Under the pieces are notes generated by a model. The model did not search any database, was not told the DNA's origin, and worked only from the letters and a program-made list of their open reading frames with translations. From Natronospirales bacterium (GTDB taxonomy: Bacteria; Pseudomonadota; Gammaproteobacteria; Natronospirales; JAIVGZ01), in contig JAIVGZ010000033.1 of NCBI GenBank assembly GCA_020201335.1, positions 29,329-93,328 on the forward strand: a stretch of DNA of 64,000 nt, given 5' to 3'. This document shows positions 13,053 through 22,341 of the stretch, one piece after another (the first letter of the stretch is position 1; each line of letters begins with the position of its first letter). Position numbers and translations under genes: made by a program.

Positions 13053-13226
13053 ATGGCCGTTACTGCGACAGACCCACTCAAGATCATCCTGGCGATTCTG
13101 CTACCGCCGGTCGGCGTGTTCCTGGAGGTCGGCCTGACGGCGCACTTCTGGCTGAACCTGCTGCTCACCCTGCTCGGCTACATCCCCGGCATCATCCACG
13201 CGCTATGGGTAATCCTTAAGCATTAG
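13053..13226 (+). CDS. YqaE/Pmp3 family small membrane proteolipid
   Basis: Own translation (57 aa, below the ORF-track cutoff): MAVTATDPLKIILAILLPPVGVFLEVGLTAHFWLNLLLTLLGYIPGIIHALWVILKH. The LPP(L/V)GV...LLT.LGYIPGIIHA pattern is typical of Pmp3. Confidence 0.8.
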   Translation: MAVTATDPLKIILAILLPPVGVFLEVGLTAHFWLNLLLTLLGYIPGIIHALWVILKH

Positions 13227-15117
13227 GTCGTCGGACGGATGCGCCACACGCGATGGATTTTCGGGCGGCGCTTGAAATCCTCCGGCAACATTTGCGCGGA
13301 GATATCCTCAACTGACAAATGTGCCAGCGCGTCGGCATCCAGCTTGAAGCCCTGGTAGTTCGTCGAGAACAACAGTGTGCCGCCTGCCGCCGTGCACTTC
13401 AGCGCATCCTCTATCAGCGCGACGTGGTCGCGCTGCACGTCGAGTACGCCCTCCATCCGCTTTGAGCTCGAGAAGGTCGGCGGGTCGAGCAGGACAAGGT
13501 CGTAACGCGCGGTAGACGCCTTCATCCACACCAACGCATCGGCCTGTACCAGTTCGTGCCGCGAATCATCGACGCCATTCAGCAGGAAATTGCGCCGCGC
13601 CCAGTCAAGATAGGTGCGCGACATGTCGACCGAGGTACTCGAAACTGCGCCGCCGAGCGCCGCGTGCACAGTAGCGCTGGCCGTGTAACAGAACAGGTTC
13701 AGGAACGATTTTCCTTTCGCCTGTTGCCGAATCGCCGCACGCAGCGGCCGGTGGTCGAGGAACAATCCTGTATCGAGATGCTCTGTGAAGTTCACCCAGA
13801 AACGCGCCGGGCCCTCCGACACCTGGTGGAAGCGTCCGTGTTCGGCGAGCTTGCCGTAGCGTTCGCCGCCCTTGCCGCGTTTGCGCTGCTTCAGGAATAC
13901 ATTGGAAGGGTCTATGCCGAGCACCTCCGGTAACACCGCCAGCGCGCCGTCCAGACGGGTACGGGCCTTCACCGGGTCGATCGTCTTAGGCGGTGCATAC
14001 TCCTGCAGGTGCACGAATGCCCCGTACAGGTCGATTGCGAGCGCGTACTCGGGCAGGTCTGCGTCGTATACACGGTAGCATTCGATTCCTTCGCGTTTCG
14101 CCCACTTCGCCAGATTCTTCGCATTCTTGCGCAGCCGGTTTGCGAAATCGTCGGCAGGCGGTGTGGCTGCCGCGCGCCCTTCCGCGTGCCGATGCACTTC
14201 GAACTAGCGGGCGGCTCGGTGGATTCGACGGTGCCGACCTCGAAAAGGATGTGATCTGCGAACCCGGCGACCGCCGCGTTGCGTTTTGCGATTTCGATTA
14301 CTTTCTCGTCCCGGTCCCGGCCAACCATAACCGGCAGTTGCGCGAGTCCGGCTTCGTGCCGGTCGGCCGCCTCAACCATAAGCCCGTGCCATATCTTGCG
14401 GTCGTGCCCGGCCCAGCCCCTCGGCCCCGCCGTGCCCCACAGCAAGCCGGGCGCGGTGTCGGATGCCATCAGCGCAGCCTCGATCGGCAGCGTGCCGGCG
14501 CCGCACATCGGGTCGAGCAGCGCGCCCCCTGCAGCGGCAACCGCCGGCCAGCCGGCGCGTACGAGCAGCGCCGCGGCGAGCGTTTCGCGCAACGGCGCCT
14601 CGCCCGCCTCGCGCCGGTAGCCGCGCCGGTGTAGCGGCCGGCCGGCCAAGTCGAAAGACAGCGTCGCACGCTCATCTCGTAGCCGCACGAAAAGCGCGAG
14701 GTCCGGGTCTTTCGCGTCCACCGACGGCCGCTCGTCCCGTGCCGCACGCAGCGAGTCGACGACTGCGTCCTTCACCTTCAATGCAGAGAAATGGCTGTTT
14801 GTCAGTGTTTTCGTCGTGCCAGTCACCTGCACGGCGATGCTCGCGCCCGGCTGGTGCAGCGCCGGCCAGTCGAGCGCGCTCACGCCTGCGTATAGCTGGT
14901 CGGCATCGGCGGCGGGGAATTCACCAAGTTCACACAGGATGCGGCTTGCCAGCCGGGACCACAGGCACGCACGGTAGCCGTCGGCGAGGTTGCCGGCAAA
15001 GGTGACGCCGGCACCCGACTCGCGCACCTGCTGCAAGCCGAGCGCGCGCAATTCGTCGGCGAGCAGGAAGCCCGTACCGCGCGCTGCCGTGGCAAAATAC
15101 CGGTATGTCATCGTCAT
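13223..15117 (-). pseudogene. rlmL: 23S rRNA m2G2445/m7G2069 methyltransferase RlmKL, disrupted by an internal deletion and frameshift
   Basis: ORF 13969-15117 matches the RlmL THUMP and methyltransferase motifs I-III (LLDPMCGAGTLPIEAAL, GRDRDEKVIEIAKRNA) only up to residue 306 (..FEVGTVESTEPPASS, about nt 14200). It then runs out of frame. ORF 13223-14197 (GTG start, TAG just upstream) resumes at ..ADDFANRLRKNAKNLAKWAKREGIECYRVYDADLPEY, the RlmK half. No NPPYGER motif IV appears in any frame. Confidence 0.7.
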
Positions 15118-15311
15118 CCGAACGCCTTACAGAACTCGAAATCCGTATCGCGCACCTTGAAGCGGCGCTGCAGACGCTCAGCGACGAACTCGCCGCGCAG
15201 CACCGTCACCATGACACGCTGCTCGCCGAGATGCGCGCTTTGACCGCGCGCGTTGCGGCTGCCGACTCGCAGGAGCCTGAGCCGCCGGACCAGCGGCCGC
15301 CGCATTACTGA
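15105..15311 (+). CDS. slyX: SlyX family protein
   Basis: 68 aa. It has the coiled-coil ERLTELEIRIAHLE.. and the C-terminal PPHY typical of SlyX. Confidence 0.85.
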   Translation: MSSSSERLTELEIRIAHLEAALQTLSDELAAQHRHHDTLLAEMRALTARVAAADSQEPEPPDQRPPHY

Positions 15312-16045
15312 GTGAGTTCGACCCAGTCGGGTACGAGGCGACGCGCCTCGCGCAGGTCGCGTTCGGCCCGGCGCCACTGCGGCGAGAACCTCTCGACCTT
15401 CGCCCAGAATCTCGGCGAGTGGTCGAGCTGGCGCAGGTGGCAAAGTTCGTGGATGAACAGATAGCGCACCAGCCGCGGCGGCAGGAACAGCAAGCCGTAA
15501 TTCAGGCTGATCGTGCCGGCATCCGAACAACTGCCCCACCGGGTGCGCTGCCCGCGAACCTGCGCGCGCCTGAAGCGCACGCCCATCTCGTTCGCCACCG
15601 CTTCCAGCCACGGCACCAGTTCCTGTTTCGCGTGTTGTTGCAGCCACTGCCGAAGTAACGGCCCCCAGGTCTCGGGTGCAAGGTGGTCGGCTTCTATGAC
15701 GAGCCGCTCCGATGCCTCGCGCAAGCGCGGTACCGCGCCAGGCGTGCGCCGAAACTGGACGGTCCAGGTCGCGCCGGTCGCCCTCAGCACAAGGCGCGTC
15801 GGCAACACCAGCCGCGGCGCAGGTCCATATTCCCGTTCGAAATCGCGTAGTGTCCGGCGGATCCAAGCCCGGTTTTCGGAAACGAACCGTGCGATGCCCG
15901 CAGCGCTGTGGCGTGCCGGCACGACAACCTCGACCCGGCCCCAGCGTGATACGCGCAGCCACATGCGGCGCGTGCGGCGGCTGACCCGCACGGTGTAAGG
16001 CGGTAGCGCCGGTGCAGCCTTGCGCAGCAGTGCGCCCACGGTCAC
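15305..16045 (-). CDS. YgjP-like metal-dependent hydrolase (DUF45, HExxH)
   Basis: IHELCHLRQLDHSPRFW motif. 246 aa with a GTG start. Confidence 0.8.
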   Translation of the reverse strand: MTVGALLRKAAPALPPYTVRVSRRTRRMWLRVSRWGRVEVVVPARHSAAGIARFVSENRAWIRRTLRDFEREYGPAPRLVLPTRLVLRATGATWTVQFRRTPGAVPRLREASERLVIEADHLAPETWGPLLRQWLQQHAKQELVPWLEAVANEMGVRFRRAQVRGQRTRWGSCSDAGTISLNYGLLFLPPRLVRYLFIHELCHLRQLDHSPRFWAKVERFSPQWRRAERDLREARRLVPDWVELTQ

Positions 16046-16785
16046 CCGCCGTCGGCGCTCCCATCGGTTGCGTCAGCGTCGGCTGCGGATTGTCCGTCGT
16101 CGTCGCCGAAATACTCCGGCTCGGCACCAATGATCTCCCCGACCTGCGCTTCGCGATGGATGCGCAGCTTGACCGGTCGCTCGAATTCCAACCGCCCTTC
16201 GACACGCACGCCGCGTTCGATCAGCACCTCTGGGCGCTCCTCCCGCAAAGACACACCGCGGGGTCTGCGCACCACGACATCTCCGTGGACCAAAGTCGCA
16301 CCGAGCAGGCGGATGCCGCCGTTTACGTTCTGTATCCCGCCATGCACGACCGCGTCCTGGACTGTGATGCGGCCGTTTACTGCGCTCACGAGCCCGGCGA
16401 TCTCGCCGCCCTCTGCGACGGTGACTGCACCATTGACGGTATTGATGTCTGCGCCAACGTGCACGCGCGAGGCCAGGATTACCGAACCGTTAACCGTACT
16501 GAGTTCACCGGTCCGCGTTTCCTCACCGATCCGGATCGAGCCGTTGACTACCGAAATCGACGGCACGACGCTCCGTGCACCGACCGTCGCAGAGCCGTTC
16601 ACCGAGCGGAACGAACCACTGGTGACCGTCACGTCGTCGCCGACGCGGATGCGCCCATTGACCGTCTGTGACGCGGTAGCGTCGCGTGTGCCGTCCTCGA
16701 TGACCACCGGCGAGTTGATTGAGCCGTTGCAGCCCGCTAGAACCAGCGCGATGGCAGCGGCAGCCGCTTTGAAGTTTGTGTTCAT
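16042..16785 (-). CDS. Lipoprotein with seven xVNGxI/V repeats (bactofilin-like beta-helix suspected)
   Basis: Start at MNTNFKAAAAAIALVLAGC (lipobox LAGC). Seven spaced VNG units are present: TVNGRIRV, SVNGSATV, VVNGSIRI, TVNGSVIL, TVNGAVTV, AVNGRITV and NVNGGIRL. The C-terminal tail is acidic. Confidence 0.65.
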   Translation of the reverse strand: MNTNFKAAAAAIALVLAGCNGSINSPVVIEDGTRDATASQTVNGRIRVGDDVTVTSGSFRSVNGSATVGARSVVPSISVVNGSIRIGEETRTGELSTVNGSVILASRVHVGADINTVNGAVTVAEGGEIAGLVSAVNGRITVQDAVVHGGIQNVNGGIRLLGATLVHGDVVVRRPRGVSLREERPEVLIERGVRVEGRLEFERPVKLRIHREAQVGEIIGAEPEYFGDDDGQSAADADATDGSADGG

Positions 16786-16835
16786 GGCACGAACTATAGC
16801 GCAGTTGCGGTACGATACGGACGAGGCACGAATCG

Positions 16836-19800
16836 ATGGAGTACCTGATGCGATTGAACTTCCTGCTGCTGGCCGCCGCCTTGGTTGCCGCCCCGCTGTC
16901 CGCTGCCGAAGAGAACGGCTCCGAATGGGAAGTTTCCTCCCCCCCGCTCGATACCTACGAAGCGACGCTGTCGGTCTCCGAGGGGACGTGGATGAACGTC
17001 GATGTAAGCCCCGACGGCCGGGAAATCGCGTTCGACCTGCTCGGCGAAATTTATGTGATGCCAATTGGCGGCGGCGAAGCCCGCGCGCTGACCGGCGGCA
17101 TCGAGTGGAACATGCAGCCGAAGTACAGCCCCGATGGCCGCTGGATCGCGTTCACCTCGGACCGTTCGGGCGGCGACAACATCTGGGTGATGGCGCGCGA
17201 CGGCTCCGACCCACGGCAGGTGACCGACGAGTCGTTTCGCCTGCTGAACGGCCCAGCCTGGACACCCGACAGCGAGTTCATCGTCGCGCGCAAACATTTC
17301 ACTGGAACCCGTTCGCTCGGAGCCGGCGAGATGTGGCTGTACCACCGCAGCGGCGGTTCCGGGGTGCAGCTGACCACCAAGCCGGACGACCAGAAGGACG
17401 TCAACGAGCCGGTGTTTTCACCGGACGGTCGTTACCTTTACTACAGCCAGGACACGACGCCAGGCCCGTTCTTCCAATACAACAAGGACGTCAACGAACA
17501 GATTTATGTCATTCAGCGCCTCGACCGCGAGACCGGGGACACCATCGTCTTTGCAGGTGGGCCGGGTGGCGCAATCCGCCCGACGCCATCGCCGGATGGC
17601 CGCCAGTTGGCGTTCGTCCGCCGCATCCGCGGCGACAGCGTGCTGATGCTGAAGGACCTGCGCTCGGGGATCGAGACGCCGCTCTACACGGGCCTCGAGC
17701 AGGACCTGCAGGAGATCTGGGCGATCCACGGCGTGTACCCGGCATTCGCCTGGACACCGGACTCCCGCACCATCGTGTTTTGGGCGGGTGGCAAGATTCA
17801 CCGCATCGACGCCCGCAGCGGTTCGATCGCCGAAATCCCGTTCCGTGTCGAGGACACGCGCCAAATTGTTGAGGCCCAGCATGTAAGCGTCGACCCCGCG
17901 CCCGCGCGCTTCGACCTGAAAATGTTGCGCTGGGTTCAGGTCAGCCCGCGCGGCGACCGCGTCGTGTTCCAGGCGCTCGGCCACCTGTATGTGCGTGACC
18001 TGCCGAACGGCACACCGCGCCGTCTGACCCGCCAGAACGACCACTTCGAGCTGCAGCCGTCGTTCTCGCGCGACGGTCGCTTCATCGTATACACCAGCTG
18101 GAGCGACCGGGAGCTCGGCGCAGTACGCGTCGTGTCGGCGCGTGGCGGTACGGGACGCGCGGTGACCACCGAACCGGGCCACTACCACGACCCGGCCTTC
18201 TCTGCTGACGGGCGGCTCATCGCATTCCGAAAATCAGCGGGGAACAACCTCGTCTCCCCGCACTGGGGCCTGAATCCCGGCATCTATGTCGCGCCGGCTG
18301 CCGGTGGCGACGCACGCCTGCTGACCGACGACGGCTTCCAACCCCAGTTCGGCGCCGGATCCGACCGCGTCTACTACCTGCGCGTCGCTGATGGAAAGCG
18401 CCTGCTGTCCAGCATCGACGTCAACGGCGCCGAGCAGCGCGACCACCTGAGCAGCGAATGGGTGACCGAGTTCGCGCTGTCACCGGACGGCCGCTGGGTC
18501 GCGTTCAAGGAAAGGTATCAGGCGTTTGTGGCGCCGTTCATTGCGACCGGCGGCATCGTTGATGTCGGCCGGAACATGAAGTCGTTACCTTTGCGGCGCG
18601 TGTCGCGCGATGCCGGCGATTACCTGCACTGGTCCGGCGATTCTGACCGGCTGCACTGGTCGCTCGGACCCGAGCTCTACACGCTTGAGTTACGCGAGGC
18701 GTTCGCGTTCGCGGACGGTGCGCCGGAAGAATTGCCTTCACAGCCGGAAAGCGGCATCAACCTCGGCTTCACGGTCGCACATGACATCCCTGACGGCGTC
18801 ATCGCACTGACCGGCGCTCGGCTGGTCACGATGCGTGGCGACGAGGTTATCGAGGACGGCACGATCGTCATCGAGAATAACCGCATCCGTGCGGTCGGCC
18901 CGCGCGCCGAAGTCACCGTCCCGCGCGGCGCCCGCGTAGTCGATGTCGCCGGCGCAACCGTGATCCCCGGCCTCGTCGATGCGCACTGGCACGGCGCACA
19001 CGGGTCGAACCAGGTAATCCCACAGGAGAACTGGTACAAGCTGGCTGCGCTCGCGTTCGGTGTCACCACGATCCACAACCCTTCGACAGAATCGACACAG
19101 GTGTTCGCGGCCTCGGAGATGGTACGAGCCGGCAGGCTTACCGGTCCACGCACCTTCTCGACCGGCACAATCCTGTATGGAGCCACCACCGCGTTCACCG
19201 CGGAAGTCGAGGATTACGAAGATGCGCTGTCGCACATGCGGCGCTTGCGCGCGATGGGCGCGTTTACGGTGAAAAGCTACAACCAGCCACGCCGTGACCA
19301 GCGCCAGCAGTTCATCAAGGCGGCACAGGAGCTGGACATGATGGTGCACCCGGAAGGTGGTGCGCTGTTCCAGCACAACATGACGATGATCGCCGACGGC
19401 CACACCGGTATCGAGCACTCGCTGCCGGTGCCGATGGTGTACGAGGATGTGTTGCAGTTCTGGAGCCAGAGCCGCACGCGATACACGCCGACCCTTGGCG
19501 TCGCGTACGGGGGCATCCAGGGCGAACGCTACTGGTACCACCACACCAATGTGTGGGAGAACGAGCGGCTGAACGCGTTCGTGCCTCGCGAGGTGATCGA
19601 CCCCGCGTCACGGCGCCGGACCATGGCGCCCGACGAGGAATACAACCATATCCGCATTGCACGCGTTGCTAAGTTGCTGTCCGACCGTGGCGTGCCGGTG
19701 CAGCTCGGCGCGCACGGCCAGCGCGAAGGGCTCGCTGCGCATTGGGAGCTCTGGATGTTCGTACAAGGCGGGATGTCGCCGCATGAAGCGCTACGCGCCG

Positions 19801-20024
19801 GCACCTTGAACGGAGCCGCCTACCTCGGCATGGGCGAGCACCTTGGGTCACTGGAACCCGGCAAGCTCGCAGACCTCGTCGTAATAGACGGCAACCCGCT
19901 TGAGGACATCCGCCAATCGGAACGCGTCCGCTACACGATGGTGAACGGGCGTCTCTATGACGCCGCGACCATGAACGAAATGTGGCCGCGGCAACGCGAG
20001 CGCGGCCGCCTCTGGTGGGAGTGA
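16836..20024 (+). CDS. Secreted TolB-like beta-propeller / amidohydrolase fusion protein
   Basis: 1062 aa. It has a signal peptide (LLLAAALVAAPLSAAE), repeated PD40-type SPDGR..AF motifs, and a C-terminal metal-dependent amidohydrolase region with VDAHWHG. Confidence 0.8.
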   Translation: MEYLMRLNFLLLAAALVAAPLSAAEENGSEWEVSSPPLDTYEATLSVSEGTWMNVDVSPDGREIAFDLLGEIYVMPIGGGEARALTGGIEWNMQPKYSPDGRWIAFTSDRSGGDNIWVMARDGSDPRQVTDESFRLLNGPAWTPDSEFIVARKHFTGTRSLGAGEMWLYHRSGGSGVQLTTKPDDQKDVNEPVFSPDGRYLYYSQDTTPGPFFQYNKDVNEQIYVIQRLDRETGDTIVFAGGPGGAIRPTPSPDGRQLAFVRRIRGDSVLMLKDLRSGIETPLYTGLEQDLQEIWAIHGVYPAFAWTPDSRTIVFWAGGKIHRIDARSGSIAEIPFRVEDTRQIVEAQHVSVDPAPARFDLKMLRWVQVSPRGDRVVFQALGHLYVRDLPNGTPRRLTRQNDHFELQPSFSRDGRFIVYTSWSDRELGAVRVVSARGGTGRAVTTEPGHYHDPAFSADGRLIAFRKSAGNNLVSPHWGLNPGIYVAPAAGGDARLLTDDGFQPQFGAGSDRVYYLRVADGKRLLSSIDVNGAEQRDHLSSEWVTEFALSPDGRWVAFKERYQAFVAPFIATGGIVDVGRNMKSLPLRRVSRDAGDYLHWSGDSDRLHWSLGPELYTLELREAFAFADGAPEELPSQPESGINLGFTVAHDIPDGVIALTGARLVTMRGDEVIEDGTIVIENNRIRAVGPRAEVTVPRGARVVDVAGATVIPGLVDAHWHGAHGSNQVIPQENWYKLAALAFGVTTIHNPSTESTQVFAASEMVRAGRLTGPRTFSTGTILYGATTAFTAEVEDYEDALSHMRRLRAMGAFTVKSYNQPRRDQRQQFIKAAQELDMMVHPEGGALFQHNMTMIADGHTGIEHSLPVPMVYEDVLQFWSQSRTRYTPTLGVAYGGIQGERYWYHHTNVWENERLNAFVPREVIDPASRRRTMAPDEEYNHIRIARVAKLLSDRGVPVQLGAHGQREGLAAHWELWMFVQGGMSPHEALRAGTLNGAAYLGMGEHLGSLEPGKLADLVVIDGNPLEDIRQSERVRYTMVNGRLYDAATMNEMWPRQRERGRLWWE

Positions 20025-21754
20025 CCGGCCGCATACGAAGGTGGTTGCCCGCCGCGGACTGGCTGCCGGCCCTCCGCGACCCGCGGGTTTTGCGCACCGA
20101 GACGGTCGCGGGCGTTTCGGTCGCGATGATCTTGATACCGCAGGCGGTCGCGTACGCGCAGCTTGCGGGCCTGCCGCCACAGTCCGGCCTGTACGCGGCT
20201 TGCCTGCCGGTGATGGTCGCTGCGTTGTTTGGCGTCGCCCGCCCGTTGCAGGCAGGCCCGACCGCACTTATCTCATTGATGACTGCGGCGGCGCTCGCGC
20301 CGATTGTCGCGGCCGGCGGCACGGCCTGGATCGTCTACGCACTCGCGCTCGCGTTCCTGGTCGGCGTGTTCCAATTCGCATTCGGGCTACTGCGGCTCGG
20401 CCAACTCGTTAACTTCCTCGCGAACCCGGTTGTCGCCGGCTTCACCTCGGCGGCGGCAATCATCATCGGCACCTCGCAGCTCGGCGTGCTGTTCCGCATC
20501 GAACAGCCGCACGAAGGCTGGCATTTTCTGGGCGTTGTACGTGTGCTCGCCGAAATCCCCACGGCGGCGCACCTGCCGACGGTCCTGCTCGCGCTGTTGA
20601 CCGCCGGGGTTATCCTGCTCGTGAAACGGCTGGCGCCAAGGCTACCCGCGTACCTCATTGCACTCGCACTCGCGACCCTCGTCGCGTGGAGCAGCGGATT
20701 CGCGCGCGCGGGGGGTTCGGTGATTGGCACGCTGCCGACTGGGTTCCCGATGCTGACGCTACCCTCTCTCGCCCCGTGGATCATCGCGGACCTCTTTATC
20801 GCGGCGGTCATCATCGCTTTGATCGCTTTCGTCGAGTCGGCGACTGTCACCCGCACACTTGCCGCCCGGTCGCGGCAGTCGCTGGACCTCGACCGCGAGA
20901 TGATTTCCCAAGGCCTCGCCAACATGACCGCCGGCATCGCGCAGGGTTACCCTGTATCAAGTTCGCTCGCGCGTTCGCATTACGCATGGACCGCGGGTGC
21001 GCGTACCGGCTTCGCGGCACTGGTCGCCGGCGCTGTCGCCGGGGTGACAATCCTTTTTGCAGCGCCACTGTTTTATCACTTGCCGCGCGCGGCGCTGGCA
21101 GTGGTCATCATCTTCGCGATTGGCGGATTGCTCAGCTTCAAGCCACTGCTGCGCGCGTTGCGCGCACACCGCCAGGATGGCATTACCGGCATCGTGACTT
21201 TTGTCGTCGCGCTTTTGGTCGCGCCGGCATTGCACCAGGCGGTGCTGATTGGGGTCGCGCTATCCCTCGGCCTCTTTCTGTACCGCTCGATGCGGCCGCA
21301 TGCGCTGGCGCTTGGTCGCCACCCGGATGGCAGCCTGCGCAACGCGACGCTATACAAACTACCACCGTGCGACCAGATCACCGTGCTGCGCTTCGACGGG
21401 CCGCTGTATTTCGCGAACGCCGGACACTTTTCGGACTCGGTTCTTGCAGCGCTCTCTGCGAAGCCGTCGTTGCGCTACATAATCGTCGACTGCAGCGGGA
21501 TTGCGGAGATGGATGCGACCGGCGAACAGGTGCTGGCTGCGGTGCAAAGGGAACTGCACGAGGCTGGCGTCGTGCTGATGCTGACCGCCGTGCGCAGTAC
21601 AGTGCGCGATGTGCTGGTACGCACGAGGCTGCTGAAGACCATTGGGCTAGACCACACCTTCCGGGACACCGACGCGGCGCTCGAATGGGCGTGGCAGCGG
21701 CTCGAGCCGGGCCACCGCGACCGCTGCCCACTGCGGCTGTTCCCAACGGGGTGA
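20021..21754 (+). CDS. SulP family inorganic anion transporter with C-terminal STAS domain
   Basis: Contains VAGVSVAMILIPQAVAYAQLAGLPP and the C-terminal STAS pattern (YIIVDCSGIAEMDATG). I chose the GTG at 20021, which makes a GTGA overlap with the upstream stop. Confidence 0.85.
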   Translation: MTGRIRRWLPAADWLPALRDPRVLRTETVAGVSVAMILIPQAVAYAQLAGLPPQSGLYAACLPVMVAALFGVARPLQAGPTALISLMTAAALAPIVAAGGTAWIVYALALAFLVGVFQFAFGLLRLGQLVNFLANPVVAGFTSAAAIIIGTSQLGVLFRIEQPHEGWHFLGVVRVLAEIPTAAHLPTVLLALLTAGVILLVKRLAPRLPAYLIALALATLVAWSSGFARAGGSVIGTLPTGFPMLTLPSLAPWIIADLFIAAVIIALIAFVESATVTRTLAARSRQSLDLDREMISQGLANMTAGIAQGYPVSSSLARSHYAWTAGARTGFAALVAGAVAGVTILFAAPLFYHLPRAALAVVIIFAIGGLLSFKPLLRALRAHRQDGITGIVTFVVALLVAPALHQAVLIGVALSLGLFLYRSMRPHALALGRHPDGSLRNATLYKLPPCDQITVLRFDGPLYFANAGHFSDSVLAALSAKPSLRYIIVDCSGIAEMDATGEQVLAAVQRELHEAGVVLMLTAVRSTVRDVLVRTRLLKTIGLDHTFRDTDAALEWAWQRLEPGHRDRCPLRLFPTG

Positions 21755-21756
21755 GC

Positions 21757-22341
21757 CTATAACGGCCTGACCGGAGCGGCACCCGCGGGTCTGACGCCGT
21801 GCGCGCCCACGAAGTACGCAGCCAGCGCGGCGAAATCCGCCGCCACCTCGCCTGTCAACGGTACTGCGTCGCCAATCCGTATTTCCTTTCGTTTTCCGTC
21901 AATCGCTACCGGAACGACCGGGACCCCCGCTCCGTGTGCAATCCGGTAGAAGCCGAGCTTCCAGCCGGCCGCGGCGCGGCGCGTTCCTTCCGGTGCAATC
22001 GCGACCAGCATCTCGTCGGCATCCTGTACCGCCGCAGCGACCCGCGCGACGGTGTCGCCGGGCTGGCTGCGGTCGACCGGCATGCCACCGAGGTAGCGCA
22101 TCCACACCCCGAGCGGCCCGCGGAACAGCGTGTGCTTGCCGAGGAAGGTCACATGCAGCCCGAGCGCGAACTTCGCCAGCAGCCCGATGATGAAGTCCCA
22201 GTTCGACGTATGCGGCGCGACGACAATCACGGCCTTGGGAATCGACGGGAATGTGCCGACGATGCGCCAACCGAACAGGCGAAGGAGCAAGCGGCTCACG
22301 TCAAATCGCGGTGCGGAGCGCCGCTCCCACCGAGGAGTCAT
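21757..22341 (-). CDS. 1-acyl-sn-glycerol-3-phosphate acyltransferase family protein
   Basis: HxxxxD motif (APHTSNWDF) and PEGTR motif. Start at MTPRWE, with an ATGA overlap on the upstream gene. Confidence 0.75.
   Translation of the reverse strand: MTPRWERRSAPRFDVSRLLLRLFGWRIVGTFPSIPKAVIVVAPHTSNWDFIIGLLAKFALGLHVTFLGKHTLFRGPLGVWMRYLGGMPVDRSQPGDTVARVAAAVQDADEMLVAIAPEGTRRAAAGWKLGFYRIAHGAGVPVVPVAIDGKRKEIRIGDAVPLTGEVAADFAALAAYFVGAHGVRPAGAAPVRPL

Noticed and set aside
16130-17872. 580-aa ORF overlapping the lipoprotein and amidohydrolase genes
   Set aside because: It is an Arg/Pro/Ala/Ser-rich shadow ORF typical of high-GC DNA. It overlaps two genes that have clear domain signatures in other frames.
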